NCBI GenBank assembly: GCA_966243015.1
Contig: CBIMES010000001.1
Coordinates: 50,598-114,597 of the forward strand
Length of the DNA stretch: 64,000 nt
Direction of reading: 5' to 3'
Source: an uncultured bacterium
GTDB lineage: Bacteria > Patescibacteriota > Minisyncoccia > Phycocordibacterales > UBA6065
Part shown: one piece after another, positions 44,335-54,004 of the stretch
How positions within the stretch are numbered: the first letter of the stretch is position 1
Layout: each line of letters begins with the position of its first letter
Translations under genes and position numbers: made by a program
Notes under the pieces: generated by a model
Told to the model about the DNA's origin: nothing
Databases searched by the model: none
The model's input: the letters and a program-made list of their open reading frames with translations, nothing else

Positions 44335-44726
44335 AAAGGCGCTTCCGTAAGGAAGCGCCGTTTTTTTTGCGAGCATGCGCAAGGAACAAAGGGGTGGGGA
44401 CGGGGCGGTCTCGCGTGCGCCCCGTCCCACGGCGATAGTTTTTGTTTGTCCGCCGTGACGAGTCTCGAATGTGTGTACCAGCAAGCCGTTTTGTTCCGCT
44501 CGGACTTGCCAGAGCATCGTTCTGGCTCTCGGGTTCGCCGAACCATCCTGGCCTTGGCCGCCTCCGTGGCGGCATTGGCTCAACCTTTCGGGCCTGGTAG
44601 CGTATGTGTGAGGTGGGCTCTGAGGCCTCAATCCCGCAATTCCATGTATGACCCTGCCTCTGTGCGGGCTTTCGGGCTGGAATCACTCGGCTCCTATTCG
44701 GAATTTCGAGATCTTTGTTCCGTCCA
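44335..44726 (-). ncRNA. Candidate large structured ncRNA A
   Basis: TTGACC-16-TATGAT promoter, 5'/3' closing stem GGAACAAAG/CTTTGTTCC, nested stems, terminator at 44338-44359, no credible ORF. Confidence 0.55.
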
Positions 44727-44779
44727 TAGTCCATCATACGCCCGATGCGCCTGCGGTCAATCGCCGCCGGTGCGCAACG

Positions 44780-44807
44780 TAAAAGGCTCACCGAAGTGAG
44801 CCTTTTA
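44780..44807. repeat. AAAAGGCTCA...TGAGCCTTTT hairpin, copy 3 (rpsA terminator)
   Basis: TAAAAGGCTCAC-CGAA-GTGAGCCTTTTA. Confidence 0.7.
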
Positions 44808-44830
44808 TTGCGGCCTTGTGAGGCCTTTTA

Positions 44831-45913
44831 TTACTTCTTGTCGCCTACGTACGAGAGGGTCATCTTCTGGCTGCCCGCATCGAAGAGGGTGATCTTGAAG
44901 CTGTAGGTCTTGCCGAGCTCGAGGTTCTGGCGGAGCTTCTCCTCAGAGCCGAACTCAGAGACGTGAACGAGACCAGCAATTCCTTCCTCGATAGAAGCGA
45001 GCGCTCCGTGTCGGTTGAACTTGATGATGACGCCCTTGACCTCCATCTCCTTCTTGTACTTCTTGCCTGCCTCTGACCATGGGTTAGGCTTGAGAGCCTT
45101 GATAGAAAGGGAAACCTTTCCGTCCTTGATCTCGATGACGCGGACCTTGACCTTATCGCCTACCTTGAAGCGGGTCTTAGGGTCCTCAACCAGAGCCCAG
45201 TCGATCTCAGAGATGTGCACGAGACCCTCGAGACCCTCGTCGATCTTGACGAAGACACCGAAGTCAACCATGCCGGTAACCTTGCCTTCAACGTCGTCGC
45301 CGACCTTGAACTTGGCGACCTGCTCGGTCTTGTCCTTTGACTCAGAGTTCTTTTCCGAGAAGATGAGCTTGCCCTCCTTAGGGAACGCGCCGATAATCGA
45401 GACCGCGAGCTTGGTGCCGACGAGCTTCTTGAGCTCCTCGAGGATGCGATCCTTGTCGCCGTCCTGCACTCGTGGGTAATGCTCAGGCTTGAGCTGGGAC
45501 GCAGGGAGGAAGCCCTGGATGCCCTGCCACTCGATGATGAGACCTCCCTTGTTGGCCTCCTTGATAGGGAGCTCGAGGATCTTCTTCTCCGCGATAGCCT
45601 GCTCTGCCTCGGTCCAGATGAGGGCCTGACGAGCCTCCTTGAGGGAGAGCTCGATGTAGCCGTCCTTGTTAGACTGGTCGACGATCTTCGCCGCGATCTT
45701 GTCGCCGACGTTGATCTTCTTGATAACGTCTCGGGCGATGATGTACTCGCGACCGTAGATGATGCCGGTTCCGAACGGAGGGAGGTCTACGAAGACGCCC
45801 TTCTTGTCGATGGCGATGACGTTGCCCTCGATCATGTCGCCGACGTTAGGCGGGGTGAGGGTGTCCGCGAGGAACTTGTCCATCACTCCGGCCTTCTTAA
45901 TCTCTTCTGCCAT
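44831..45913 (-). CDS. rpsA: 30S ribosomal protein S1 (4 S1 domains)
   Basis: NKGGL, GFLPASQL, DFGVFV, GLVHISEIDW. Confidence 0.92.
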   Translation of the reverse strand: MAEEIKKAGVMDKFLADTLTPPNVGDMIEGNVIAIDKKGVFVDLPPFGTGIIYGREYIIARDVIKKINVGDKIAAKIVDQSNKDGYIELSLKEARQALIWTEAEQAIAEKKILELPIKEANKGGLIIEWQGIQGFLPASQLKPEHYPRVQDGDKDRILEELKKLVGTKLAVSIIGAFPKEGKLIFSEKNSESKDKTEQVAKFKVGDDVEGKVTGMVDFGVFVKIDEGLEGLVHISEIDWALVEDPKTRFKVGDKVKVRVIEIKDGKVSLSIKALKPNPWSEAGKKYKKEMEVKGVIIKFNRHGALASIEEGIAGLVHVSEFGSEEKLRQNLELGKTYSFKITLFDAGSQKMTLSYVGDKK

Positions 45914-46083
45914 AGTGTAAATGGCCGTCACGGCTCTTTTCCCAGTGCTCGTTGCCAGTGGTCGCGGAAAAGGGTTACCGATCGGGCGGGATAAAATAAA
46001 AACTGACGAAAGTCAGGTAAAGGCAAGATACCATAAGTGGGGCTTCACGTAAAGCCTTACCTTGGCCGCGCGCGTCGACCTGC

Positions 46084-46521
46084 TTACGGGACCTTTTCCT
46101 CAAGCCTGACAATGCGTTTCTCGTGGTCCTGCCAGTTGCTTCGCGCGACGACGGTGAGGGATTCGAGGTTTCCTTCGACTCGGGTGAGTCTGGTGTCTAT
46201 GGTGTTGAGTTTCGTTTTAACCTCGGACATGTCGGTCTGAAGGTCATAGAGAGCGGGTTCAATGCTTGTCTTGAATTCGTGCATTTCAGCCTTGAATTCG
46301 TTGAATTCAACCTTGGTTACCATTCTCTCGTTGATATCGTCGAAACCGCGCTTCGTCATGGTGGCGAGTTCGCCGACGGCATCGTCGACGATGACACGAA
46401 CCTCTCGTATCACCTCCTTGCTGATCTTTTTGCTGAGCTCTCTGCTCAGCTCGGTGCCAAAAGTCACGAGGTCTTTCCTCGTGATGGGGTCGCTGTCGCT
46501 TGTGTGGTGCTTTCTCCTCAC
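46084..46521 (-). CDS. Coiled-coil protein related in style to 4132/11249 (GTG start inferred)
   Basis: LATMTKRGFDDI...VTKVEF...DHEKRIVRLEE. Confidence 0.7.
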   Translation of the reverse strand: MRRKHHTSDSDPITRKDLVTFGTELSRELSKKISKEVIREVRVIVDDAVGELATMTKRGFDDINERMVTKVEFNEFKAEMHEFKTSIEPALYDLQTDMSEVKTKLNTIDTRLTRVEGNLESLTVVARSNWQDHEKRIVRLEEKVP

Positions 46522-46615
46522 GCCTGTAATTGTCGGGCTAAAGGCGATGAAATCCCATGAAATAAAAATCAAAGAGTGCTTTGGGCGAGAGTTTATGACT
46601 TTAGGCAAGCGGTAC

Positions 46616-46946
46616 AAAAGAAAATGGCCGCACCTTGCGGTGCGGCCACGAGAGACCGGCTCGGCCTTTCGGTTGGCTTGGCAGACGTTCGCGTCGGGGG
46701 ACGCGCGGTGCGAGTGGTGGCCTGCATGTCGGCCGGCTCGTCCTCGGCTGCGTTGTTTCTGCCTGATTCGTCTTCCCGTGCTTGGCGCGGGGGGAGTACT
46801 CTGGAATCGCGTTGAATCGGTTTGCGGACCGGCTCGGTGAGCCGCGACCCTCAACCCCGACCGTTGCAAGCGGTCGGTTTGGCCAGTCTGCCCGGCGCCG
46901 GGCAGACTCGAGTTTTTCTTTGCCGACAGGCGAGGAACCGTTCCCG
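46616..46946 (-). ncRNA. Candidate large structured ncRNA B
   Basis: TTGACA-16-TAGCCT promoter, multiple GC hairpins, 5'/3' end pairing, terminator TGGCCGCACC-GCAA-GGTGCGGCCA-TTTT. Confidence 0.5.
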
Positions 46947-47042
46947 CATCTAGGCTACTCCCTGTGCGACGGGTGTCAATAAAGAAAGCGCCCCTTCTTG
47001 TCAATCTAGATGCGGAAAGGGAAATACACTATACTTCTCGGC

Positions 47043-47666
47043 ATGGTAATCACATATCAAGGCGGATACTTCTTCAAGGTACAGTTCGGCGACATAACGC
47101 TCGCCGTCAACCCGATCTCAAAGGACTCGAAGCTCAAGTCGAGCCGCTTCGGCGCGGATGTCGCCCTCGTCTCGGCGAACAACGGTGACATGAACGGCGT
47201 CGACCAGGTGTCGTTCGGCGGCAAGGAGGCTTTTTCCATCACCGGTCCCGGCGAATACGAGATCAAGGACGTTTTCATCAAAGGCTTCGCCTCGGAAACC
47301 AATTATGGGGGAGAAAAGAAGATCAACACCATATATACGGTGCAGCTCGAGAACATGAACCTCTGTTTCCTGGGCGCCCTCTCGACCAAGGACCTGCCAA
47401 CCGAGGCTGACGAGAGCATTGAGTCCATCGACATCCTCTTCGTGCCTGTCAGCTCGGACACGCTTTCGCCTGCCGACGCGTACAAGCTCGCGGTGAAGCT
47501 CGAGCCGAAGCTCATTATCCCGGTGTCCACGGATGCGGCAGCCATCAAGACCTTCCTCAAGGAGGCCGGCGAGGAGGGACAGAAGCCGCAGGACAAGCTC
47601 ACCCTCAAGCGCAAGGACCTCGACGGCAAGGACGCCGACGTCGTCGTGCTCGAGGCTCAGGCCTAG
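47043..47666 (+). CDS. Metallo-beta-lactamase-fold protein with degenerate metal site
   Basis: GPGEYEIK, IDILFVPV, LEPKLIIP; HxHxDH replaced by ANNGDM. Confidence 0.8.
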   Translation: MVITYQGGYFFKVQFGDITLAVNPISKDSKLKSSRFGADVALVSANNGDMNGVDQVSFGGKEAFSITGPGEYEIKDVFIKGFASETNYGGEKKINTIYTVQLENMNLCFLGALSTKDLPTEADESIESIDILFVPVSSDTLSPADAYKLAVKLEPKLIIPVSTDAAAIKTFLKEAGEEGQKPQDKLTLKRKDLDGKDADVVVLEAQA

Positions 47667-47694
47667 GTAACGCGGGCGAGGCCCGCTCACATCA

Positions 47695-48102
47695 ATGTTT
47701 CAATTTATCGAGAACATGAGGAGGAAGTCGGAAAGCCAGAAGCGTCGCTTCATCTTCCTTTCCGCTACGGGTGTCACTCTCGTTATTGCGTGTTTCTGGG
47801 GCGTTGCTCTCGCCTTTAGGATAAACAGCGGCGCGATTTCCTTCGAGCTAAGCCCTTCTGAGAACAGCGAAATCAGGAATCTCGGCCAGAAGCTGAATGA
47901 TTCCTGGAATGAGTTCTTCGCCGATATCGACGATGGATCCACTACGACTGTCTCCTCTACCGAAGCGCAGTACCCCGCCCTTGAGGAGATGTTTGGCGGA
48001 AGGAGGGCGACCTCATCTGAGTCCGACCGTGATTCCGAGCCCGACGTTATCCTTGATGAGCCTCAGACGGAGTACTATCCAGCTGATATCTATTCGAACT
48101 AA
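47695..48102 (+). CDS. Hypothetical single-TM protein
   Basis: Basic N-terminus, TM, acidic tail. Confidence 0.65.
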   Translation: MFQFIENMRRKSESQKRRFIFLSATGVTLVIACFWGVALAFRINSGAISFELSPSENSEIRNLGQKLNDSWNEFFADIDDGSTTTVSSTEAQYPALEEMFGGRRATSSESDRDSEPDVILDEPQTEYYPADIYSN

Positions 48103-48144
48103 AGAAAAGGCGCCGCACTTCGTGCGGCGCCTGCTTTTCGGGGC

Positions 48145-48534
48145 CTAATGCCAGGTCTTGGGCCAGTCCCAGCTAATGTTGAATCTATCGAGTGTTATCG
48201 AGATCGCGGTCAGCGTTCTCTTGCCAATGTCGTAGATTCCGGACACTTTGGCGGCGGGTATCGCGACGAATTCCTCCACGGTGATTTCCGCGAACGTGCG
48301 TTTCGTTCCCGGAACCTGCTTTATGAGGATTGCTGAGCGTATGCCCGCGTGATCCTTTGTCACCTTACTCTGGAAGAAATCCCCGAATCTCATGTCGAGG
48401 ACTTCCTGGCTGGGCAATGAGGACTCCACGGCCTTCAGCAGTAAGTGCGATGCCTCGATAAAGGCGGGTGATTTTTCTGGGACAAGTCGCATCTGGTGGG
48501 CCGCGGCACGGATGCGCGATAGGTTTTTGATCAT
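48145..48534 (-). CDS. Hypothetical protein with RNA polymerase alpha-CTD/HhH-like C-terminus
   Basis: IRSAILIK...ITVEEFV..PAAKVSGIYDIGKRTLTAI. Confidence 0.55.
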   Translation of the reverse strand: MIKNLSRIRAAAHQMRLVPEKSPAFIEASHLLLKAVESSLPSQEVLDMRFGDFFQSKVTKDHAGIRSAILIKQVPGTKRTFAEITVEEFVAIPAAKVSGIYDIGKRTLTAISITLDRFNISWDWPKTWH

Positions 48535-48639
48535 GGGTAAAGGTCGTTTCGATGTTGACGTTACGTTGTGTGAGCGAGTATGTCAAGTACTTGAAAAGTG
48601 CTGAAAATGCTATAATCCACGCACTAAAACCCATAATCC

Positions 48640-51108
48640 ATGAGCCCGAAAAACACCGTTCCTGAGCCTAAGCTGCCGTTCGAAGAGAAGGGCGTCATCG
48701 GACGAAGCATCGTCACTGAGATGCGCGAGTCATACCTCGACTACGCGATGTCGGTCATCACCTCGCGAGCGCTTCCTGACGTGCGCGACGGACTCAAACC
48801 GGTGCACCGCCGCATCCTCTACGCGATGCACGAGATCGGCCTCACGGCGTCCGCCAAGACCAAGAAGTCGGCGACCATCGTCGGAGACGTGCTCGGTAAG
48901 TACCACCCGCACGGCGACGCGTCGGTGTACGACGCGATGGTGAAGATGGCCCAGGACTTCTCGATGCGCTACCCGCTCATCATCGGTCAGGGTAACTTCG
49001 GCTCGATCGACGGAGACGGCGCCGCGGCGTACCGATACACCGAGGCAAAGATGTCCAAGCTCTCGGGTGAGCTTCTCCGCGACCTCGAGAAGGAGACCGT
49101 CGACTTCCGGCCGAACTACGACAACACCAAGAAGGAACCGGTCGTTCTTCCGACCGCCGTGCCGAACCTCCTCCTCAACGGCACCCTCGGCATCGCCGTC
49201 GGTATGGCGACGAACATCCCTCCGCATAATCTCGGCGAGGTGCTCGACGCTACGACCCATCTCATGGAGAATCCCGACGCGACTACGGAGGACCTCCTGG
49301 GCTTCATCAAGGGACCTGACTTCCCGACGGGCGGCACCATCTACAACGAGAAGGACATCCATCACGCCTATTCGACCGGAAAGGGCGGTATCGTCACGCG
49401 TGGCGACGCCGAGATCGTCGAGAACAAGGCGGGCCAGTTCCAGATCATCATCAGCTCGATCCCGTATCGCGTGGTGAAGGCAGACCTCATCATGGCAATC
49501 GCCGATCACGTGCGCGAGAAACGCATCGAGGGCATCAAAGGCCTCCGCGACGAGTCCGCGAAGGACATTCGCATCGTCATCGACCTCAAGCAGGGCGCGC
49601 ACCCTCAGAAGGTGCTCAACTTCCTCTACAAGCACACTCAGCTCGAGGAGACCTTCCATTTGAATATGGTCGCCCTCGTGAAGGGCCGACCGGAGACTCT
49701 CTCGCTCAAGTCCATCCTCGAGCACTTTATCGAGCATCGCATGGAGGTGGTCAAGCGACGCACCACCTACGATCTCCGCATCGCCGAGGCACGCGAGCAT
49801 ATCCTCCTCGGTCTCAAGAAGGCCCTCGATCACATCGACGAGATCATCAAGCTCATCCGCGCCTCAAAGACCGTAGAGGAGGCGAAGGAGGGGCTCATGA
49901 AGAAGTTCAAGTTCTCGGCCCTCCAGGCCCAGGCTATCCTCGACATGCGACTTCAGAAGCTCGCTGGACTCGAGCGCAAGAAGATCGAGGACGAGCTCAA
50001 GGAGGTCCAGGCCCTCATCGAGGAGCTCAAGGCGCTTCTCGCCAGCCCGAAGAAGATGATGAACGCCATCAAGGGCGAGCTCGTCGAGATTCGCGCGAAG
50101 TACGGCAACGAGCGACGCACCAAGTCAGTGAGAACCGCCCTCGGCGAGATCTCCGACGAGGACCTCATCCCTGACGTCGAGACCGTTCTTGTCCTCACCC
50201 AGGGCGGCTACGTCAAGCGAACTGCCCCGGACGAGTACCGCAAGCAGAAGCGCGGAGGCGTGGGCGTCGTCGATCTCGATACCAAGGAAGAGGACTTCGT
50301 CACCAACCTCGTCACTACCACGACCCATGCGGACGTGCTCTTCTTCACCGACAAGGGCAGGGCGTTTCAGATCAAGATGTACGACATTCCCGAGGGTAGG
50401 CGCGCCACCAAGGGCAAGGCCCTCGTGAACTTCCTCGCACTCGCCGACGACGAGAAGGTCACCTCGATCCTGCCGATGCCGAAGGAGTCAAAGGCGTCCG
50501 CGGAGCTCTCGCTCATGATGGTCACCAAGCTCGGAACCGCCAAGAAGGTAAAGGCCGAGAGCTTCCACGACGTACGCCGATCGGGCCTCATCGCCATCAC
50601 CCTTGAGCCGGGCGACGCGCTTGTCTCGGTGTCGTTCGTCTCGAAGGGCGACGACGTGTCCATCGTCACGGCCGACGGTCAGTCTATCCGCTTCGCGGAG
50701 TCTGACGTCCGCGAGATGGGCAGGGCGGCCATGGGCGTCCGCGGCATCAACCTCGGAAAGGGCGACTCCGTCATCAGCGCGGACGCCGTGAAGAAGGGCG
50801 CCAAGGGCGCGCGCATGATGGTTATCTCGAAGAACGGCTACGGCAAGACGACCGACATGTCCGAGTACAAGACTCAGGGCCGCGGCGGATCGGGAATCCT
50901 CACCATGAACGTGACTGACAAGACGGGCGTCGTCATCGCCGCCAAGGTCATCACCGAGGAGGACAGCGAGCTCGTGGCTATGTCCAAGAAGTCCCAGGTC
51001 GTCCGCGTCGAGCTCGCCGAGATTCCGACCCTCGGCCGCCAGACCCAGGGCGTCCGCGTCATGAAGCTCCGCGACGGCGACTCTCTCGCGAGCGTGGTCT
51101 GTCTCTAG
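48640..51108 (+). CDS. gyrA: DNA gyrase subunit A
   Basis: [29 protein letters not shown], GyrA box QKRGGVG. Confidence 0.98.
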   Translation: MSPKNTVPEPKLPFEEKGVIGRSIVTEMRESYLDYAMSVITSRALPDVRDGLKPVHRRILYAMHEIGLTASAKTKKSATIVGDVLGKYHPHGDASVYDAMVKMAQDFSMRYPLIIGQGNFGSIDGDGAAAYRYTEAKMSKLSGELLRDLEKETVDFRPNYDNTKKEPVVLPTAVPNLLLNGTLGIAVGMATNIPPHNLGEVLDATTHLMENPDATTEDLLGFIKGPDFPTGGTIYNEKDIHHAYSTGKGGIVTRGDAEIVENKAGQFQIIISSIPYRVVKADLIMAIADHVREKRIEGIKGLRDESAKDIRIVIDLKQGAHPQKVLNFLYKHTQLEETFHLNMVALVKGRPETLSLKSILEHFIEHRMEVVKRRTTYDLRIAEAREHILLGLKKALDHIDEIIKLIRASKTVEEAKEGLMKKFKFSALQAQAILDMRLQKLAGLERKKIEDELKEVQALIEELKALLASPKKMMNAIKGELVEIRAKYGNERRTKSVRTALGEISDEDLIPDVETVLVLTQGGYVKRTAPDEYRKQKRGGVGVVDLDTKEEDFVTNLVTTTTHADVLFFTDKGRAFQIKMYDIPEGRRATKGKALVNFLALADDEKVTSILPMPKESKASAELSLMMVTKLGTAKKVKAESFHDVRRSGLIAITLEPGDALVSVSFVSKGDDVSIVTADGQSIRFAESDVREMGRAAMGVRGINLGKGDSVISADAVKKGAKGARMMVISKNGYGKTTDMSEYKTQGRGGSGILTMNVTDKTGVVIAAKVITEEDSELVAMSKKSQVVRVELAEIPTLGRQTQGVRVMKLRDGDSLASVVCL

Positions 51109-51251
51109 GCTCAAAATTCCCATATTTCCTCAAGCGACGCCTCCCGAAAGGGAGGCGTTGACTTTTTGTGTTTCTCATGTAGAAATGGGTTCAGACAGTA
51201 ATCGGATGCGCGCGTCGCGCGTCCGCTGTTCTTCGCAAACCGTTTGAAATC

Positions 51252-52292
51252 ATGACTACACCACAAAAACCGCCCCCGAATCCCCACAAATTGGACGATT
51301 CGGAAGAAGGGTCTGACGGCAGGAAGAAAGGTGTCTGGATTTGGCTTGTGAGCATAGCGCTGGTCCTTACCATCGGCGCGATGCTCCTGACCAAGGCGCA
51401 CATGCTGCCCTGGTCTTCCGAATCCGCGACGCCTGCCACGGCTGACCACAAGTCTGAGTCCGAGCGACTCAAGAAGGAAAATGAGGAGCTCGTCGGCAAG
51501 CTTTCGCTCGCCGAGGGTAAACTCAAGAATTCCGAGGGTCAGCTCAAGATAAAGCAGGCAGCCCTGGACACCGCAAACCTCACCCTTACCGCAAACGCGG
51601 TAGAGGCCGAGAGGATAAACGGCGAGCGGCTGTCGATGATCAAAGATATGGGTAAGACGGGTAGGGAACGAGACGACCTCAAGGTCGAGCGGGACACGTT
51701 GAAGAAGCAGAACGAGCTTCTCATCGCCGACCTCGAGACCGTCGATGGAAAGAGGAAGGCACTTGAAGCCGAGAATGAGGCCCTTAAACAGATCGCGGCC
51801 TCTCTTCAGGTGACTCCCTTAGCCCCGACCGAGGCGACTGCTTCCTCTGTCTCCCTGCAACCTGAACCGATGCCGCAGGTGCCGCCAACACCGGTGCCGG
51901 CAATCGAGGTCGAGCAGGGTCCTGTAAAGCCGTCAGCCGTGCCGGTCGTTTCAGCGTCTCCCTCGGGCGCCTCGCACAAGAAGACGCGAAGCGGCTCGTG
52001 GAAGCAGCTGAAATTCCACGTCGGCATATCTACGGACTCATATTCGGTTTCCGAGTATGTGTCCGAAGAAAGGCTTCGTGTTGTCCCGGTTCGTGGTCTC
52101 GTGCTCGAGACCAAGCCCGAGGGCGTGCTGGGTAGGCTGGCGTCCCCCGACTATACCCAGATCAAGGAAGACGTCTCGCAGATATCTGTCCCAAGCGGCG
52201 TTCGCTCGATCAGACTTTGTATCGACCCGACTCTCGCCCAGAAGGGAAGCCAGCTGATCGTCGAGGTGTTCGTGCCGGACGGAAAAAAGTAG
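51252..52292 (+). CDS. Membrane-anchored coiled-coil protein with Pro linker and C-terminal beta domain (family member 1)
   Basis: TM, heptads, C-terminus similar to 52973-53902. Confidence 0.7.
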   Translation: MTTPQKPPPNPHKLDDSEEGSDGRKKGVWIWLVSIALVLTIGAMLLTKAHMLPWSSESATPATADHKSESERLKKENEELVGKLSLAEGKLKNSEGQLKIKQAALDTANLTLTANAVEAERINGERLSMIKDMGKTGRERDDLKVERDTLKKQNELLIADLETVDGKRKALEAENEALKQIAASLQVTPLAPTEATASSVSLQPEPMPQVPPTPVPAIEVEQGPVKPSAVPVVSASPSGASHKKTRSGSWKQLKFHVGISTDSYSVSEYVSEERLRVVPVRGLVLETKPEGVLGRLASPDYTQIKEDVSQISVPSGVRSIRLCIDPTLAQKGSQLIVEVFVPDGKK

Positions 52293-52373
52293 GCAAGTTG
52301 TCTTATCGGCCCCGAGCGCAAAGCGCTCGGGGCTTTTTCTTGCCGTGGCAGGGTTTGCTATACTATGTACATC

Positions 52374-52832
52374 ATGAAAAACGTACGTGTCCTTGCGGGA
52401 AAGGTTATTGGATCGCTCTTCGCACTCGCCCTTGTCTTGTCGGCTGTCGCGCCAACGGTCGCTTCGGCCCAGTTCACTCTTTTTCAGGGTGGTTCGGGAG
52501 GTTCTGGCGGATCGGTATCAAGTGGCTTCGCTGGAGGCGCGTGCGCCAATCTGAGGACGGGTGGCTTCGTCGGAGTGGTTGACTGCGTCATCATCTTTTT
52601 CAACTACTTCATCTACATCATCACCGCGCTCACCGTTGTTTACGTGGTCGTCGGTGCCTTCAGGCTCACGAACGAGGAGAAGAGGGAGGACGGCAAGCAG
52701 ATGATCTATCACGGCATCATTGGCCTCTTTATCATGTCGTCCATTTGGGGCCTTGTTAACATACTCGACAGTACCTTCAATTTGTCCGGCAGCTCGCCGA
52801 TGATTCCTCCGACCATAGAAAGGACTTTCTAG
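52374..52832 (+). CDS. VirB2/TrbC-like pilin
   Basis: Signal peptide plus 2 TM with K..I.HGIIGLFIM.SIWGLVNIL; close paralog of 56761-57147. Confidence 0.8.
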   Translation: MKNVRVLAGKVIGSLFALALVLSAVAPTVASAQFTLFQGGSGGSGGSVSSGFAGGACANLRTGGFVGVVDCVIIFFNYFIYIITALTVVYVVVGAFRLTNEEKREDGKQMIYHGIIGLFIMSSIWGLVNILDSTFNLSGSSPMIPPTIERTF

Positions 52833-52972
52833 CCTCATTTTCCGGTCAATGCCCTCCCTGAGAGGGTATTGACTTTTTGTATTTTTATGATAAAAGGATA
52901 ACAAACAGTATCACAAGGAGGCGCGCGATTGCGTCTCACTGTTGTTCTTCGAAACCAACACCGTTTGTAACT

Positions 52973-53902
52973 ATGAGCTCAACACCCAGTGGTGATGGTC
53001 AAAAGGATCCTGTCCTCGAGACCCACCTCACCAATAACTTCGTCAGAATCTTCTTTTTCCTCGTCCCTCGCCCCAAGTTTATGAAGGGCGAGAAGTGGAA
53101 AAATTTGTCCGGAGTCATGAAGGCTAAATCCCTGGGCATATCCCTCAACAGGATTGCTGCTGCGATAGCCCTTCTTCTCCTTTGTGGAGCCTTCGCGTTT
53201 GTGTTTTACCTGGCTTGTCCCGTTCTCATCAAATGGGCTCGGGCCGCCGAGCAGTCCATTCACATTCCCGGTTCATCCGAGAGCGATGGTGTTCCCGTCG
53301 GCTCTGTGTCTCTCAAGGAATACGAGGAGGCGCTTCGTGCGAAGGAGGTTGCCGAGCAGTCGCTGATGGCCGCCATCCTTCGGGGCGACGGTCTCAAGGA
53401 CGAGGCCAACGTGCTTGCTGATCACAATGCCAAATTGCTCGATTCGGTCACCAGGCTTCAGGCCGACGCAAAGACGCCTCACTATGTCATTGTCCGTCCT
53501 GAGCAGCAGAAGCAGGAGCAGCCGCCCGCATCCATCGTGATTCAGGAACCGCTCCTGCCGCTCGCGCCGCCGGAGCCGATTCGCATCCCGTCAGGGCTTA
53601 TTCCCGTGACGGTATACGGGTCGTCCAACGAGTATGAGTATGGCTCGGGCGTTCGGTCGAGGCCGTTCTGCGTCAGCGAGGAGATAAAGCAGGGTAAGGT
53701 CCTCGTGTCGCGCAGGAAAGGTCTCATGATGGAGATTGAGACAGGTATCAGTCTTCGGAAGAATGATGTGCCGACGGTGGTGGCGGTTCCCGTCGAGTCA
53801 GATGTCATCGTGGTCCCTCGCGGAGCCAAGAAGGTTCGCTTCTACTACGAGGACACAGATTCGTCTGATCCGGCGCCGCTCAAGGTGAGGGTCATGGAGT
53901 AG
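52973..53902 (+). CDS. Membrane-anchored coiled-coil protein (family member 2)
   Basis: Same architecture as 51252-52292; VPRGAKKVRF. Confidence 0.7.
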   Translation: MSSTPSGDGQKDPVLETHLTNNFVRIFFFLVPRPKFMKGEKWKNLSGVMKAKSLGISLNRIAAAIALLLLCGAFAFVFYLACPVLIKWARAAEQSIHIPGSSESDGVPVGSVSLKEYEEALRAKEVAEQSLMAAILRGDGLKDEANVLADHNAKLLDSVTRLQADAKTPHYVIVRPEQQKQEQPPASIVIQEPLLPLAPPEPIRIPSGLIPVTVYGSSNEYEYGSGVRSRPFCVSEEIKQGKVLVSRRKGLMMEIETGISLRKNDVPTVVAVPVESDVIVVPRGAKKVRFYYEDTDSSDPAPLKVRVME

Positions 53903-54004
53903 TGTCCCGTTGACTACAGGGCGCCGAGAAATTCTCGGCGCTTTTTTTATGGAAATAACTGAATATAGCTGCCTCAGGTATTTTTGATATACTTATACGC
54001 ATCT

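Noticed and set aside
44335-44726. tmRNA or RNase P RNA
   Set aside because: The 3' GGACGGGGCG...CCCCACC is superficially tmRNA-like, but there is no TTCGA T-loop, matching acceptor stem or tag ORF. The RNase P GAGGAAAGUCC motif is absent. An Rfam scan is still needed.
46522-47004. N-terminal half of the 306-aa ORF
   Set aside because: Low-complexity Arg/Ala/Pro translation running through a strong terminator; better explained as a structured RNA.
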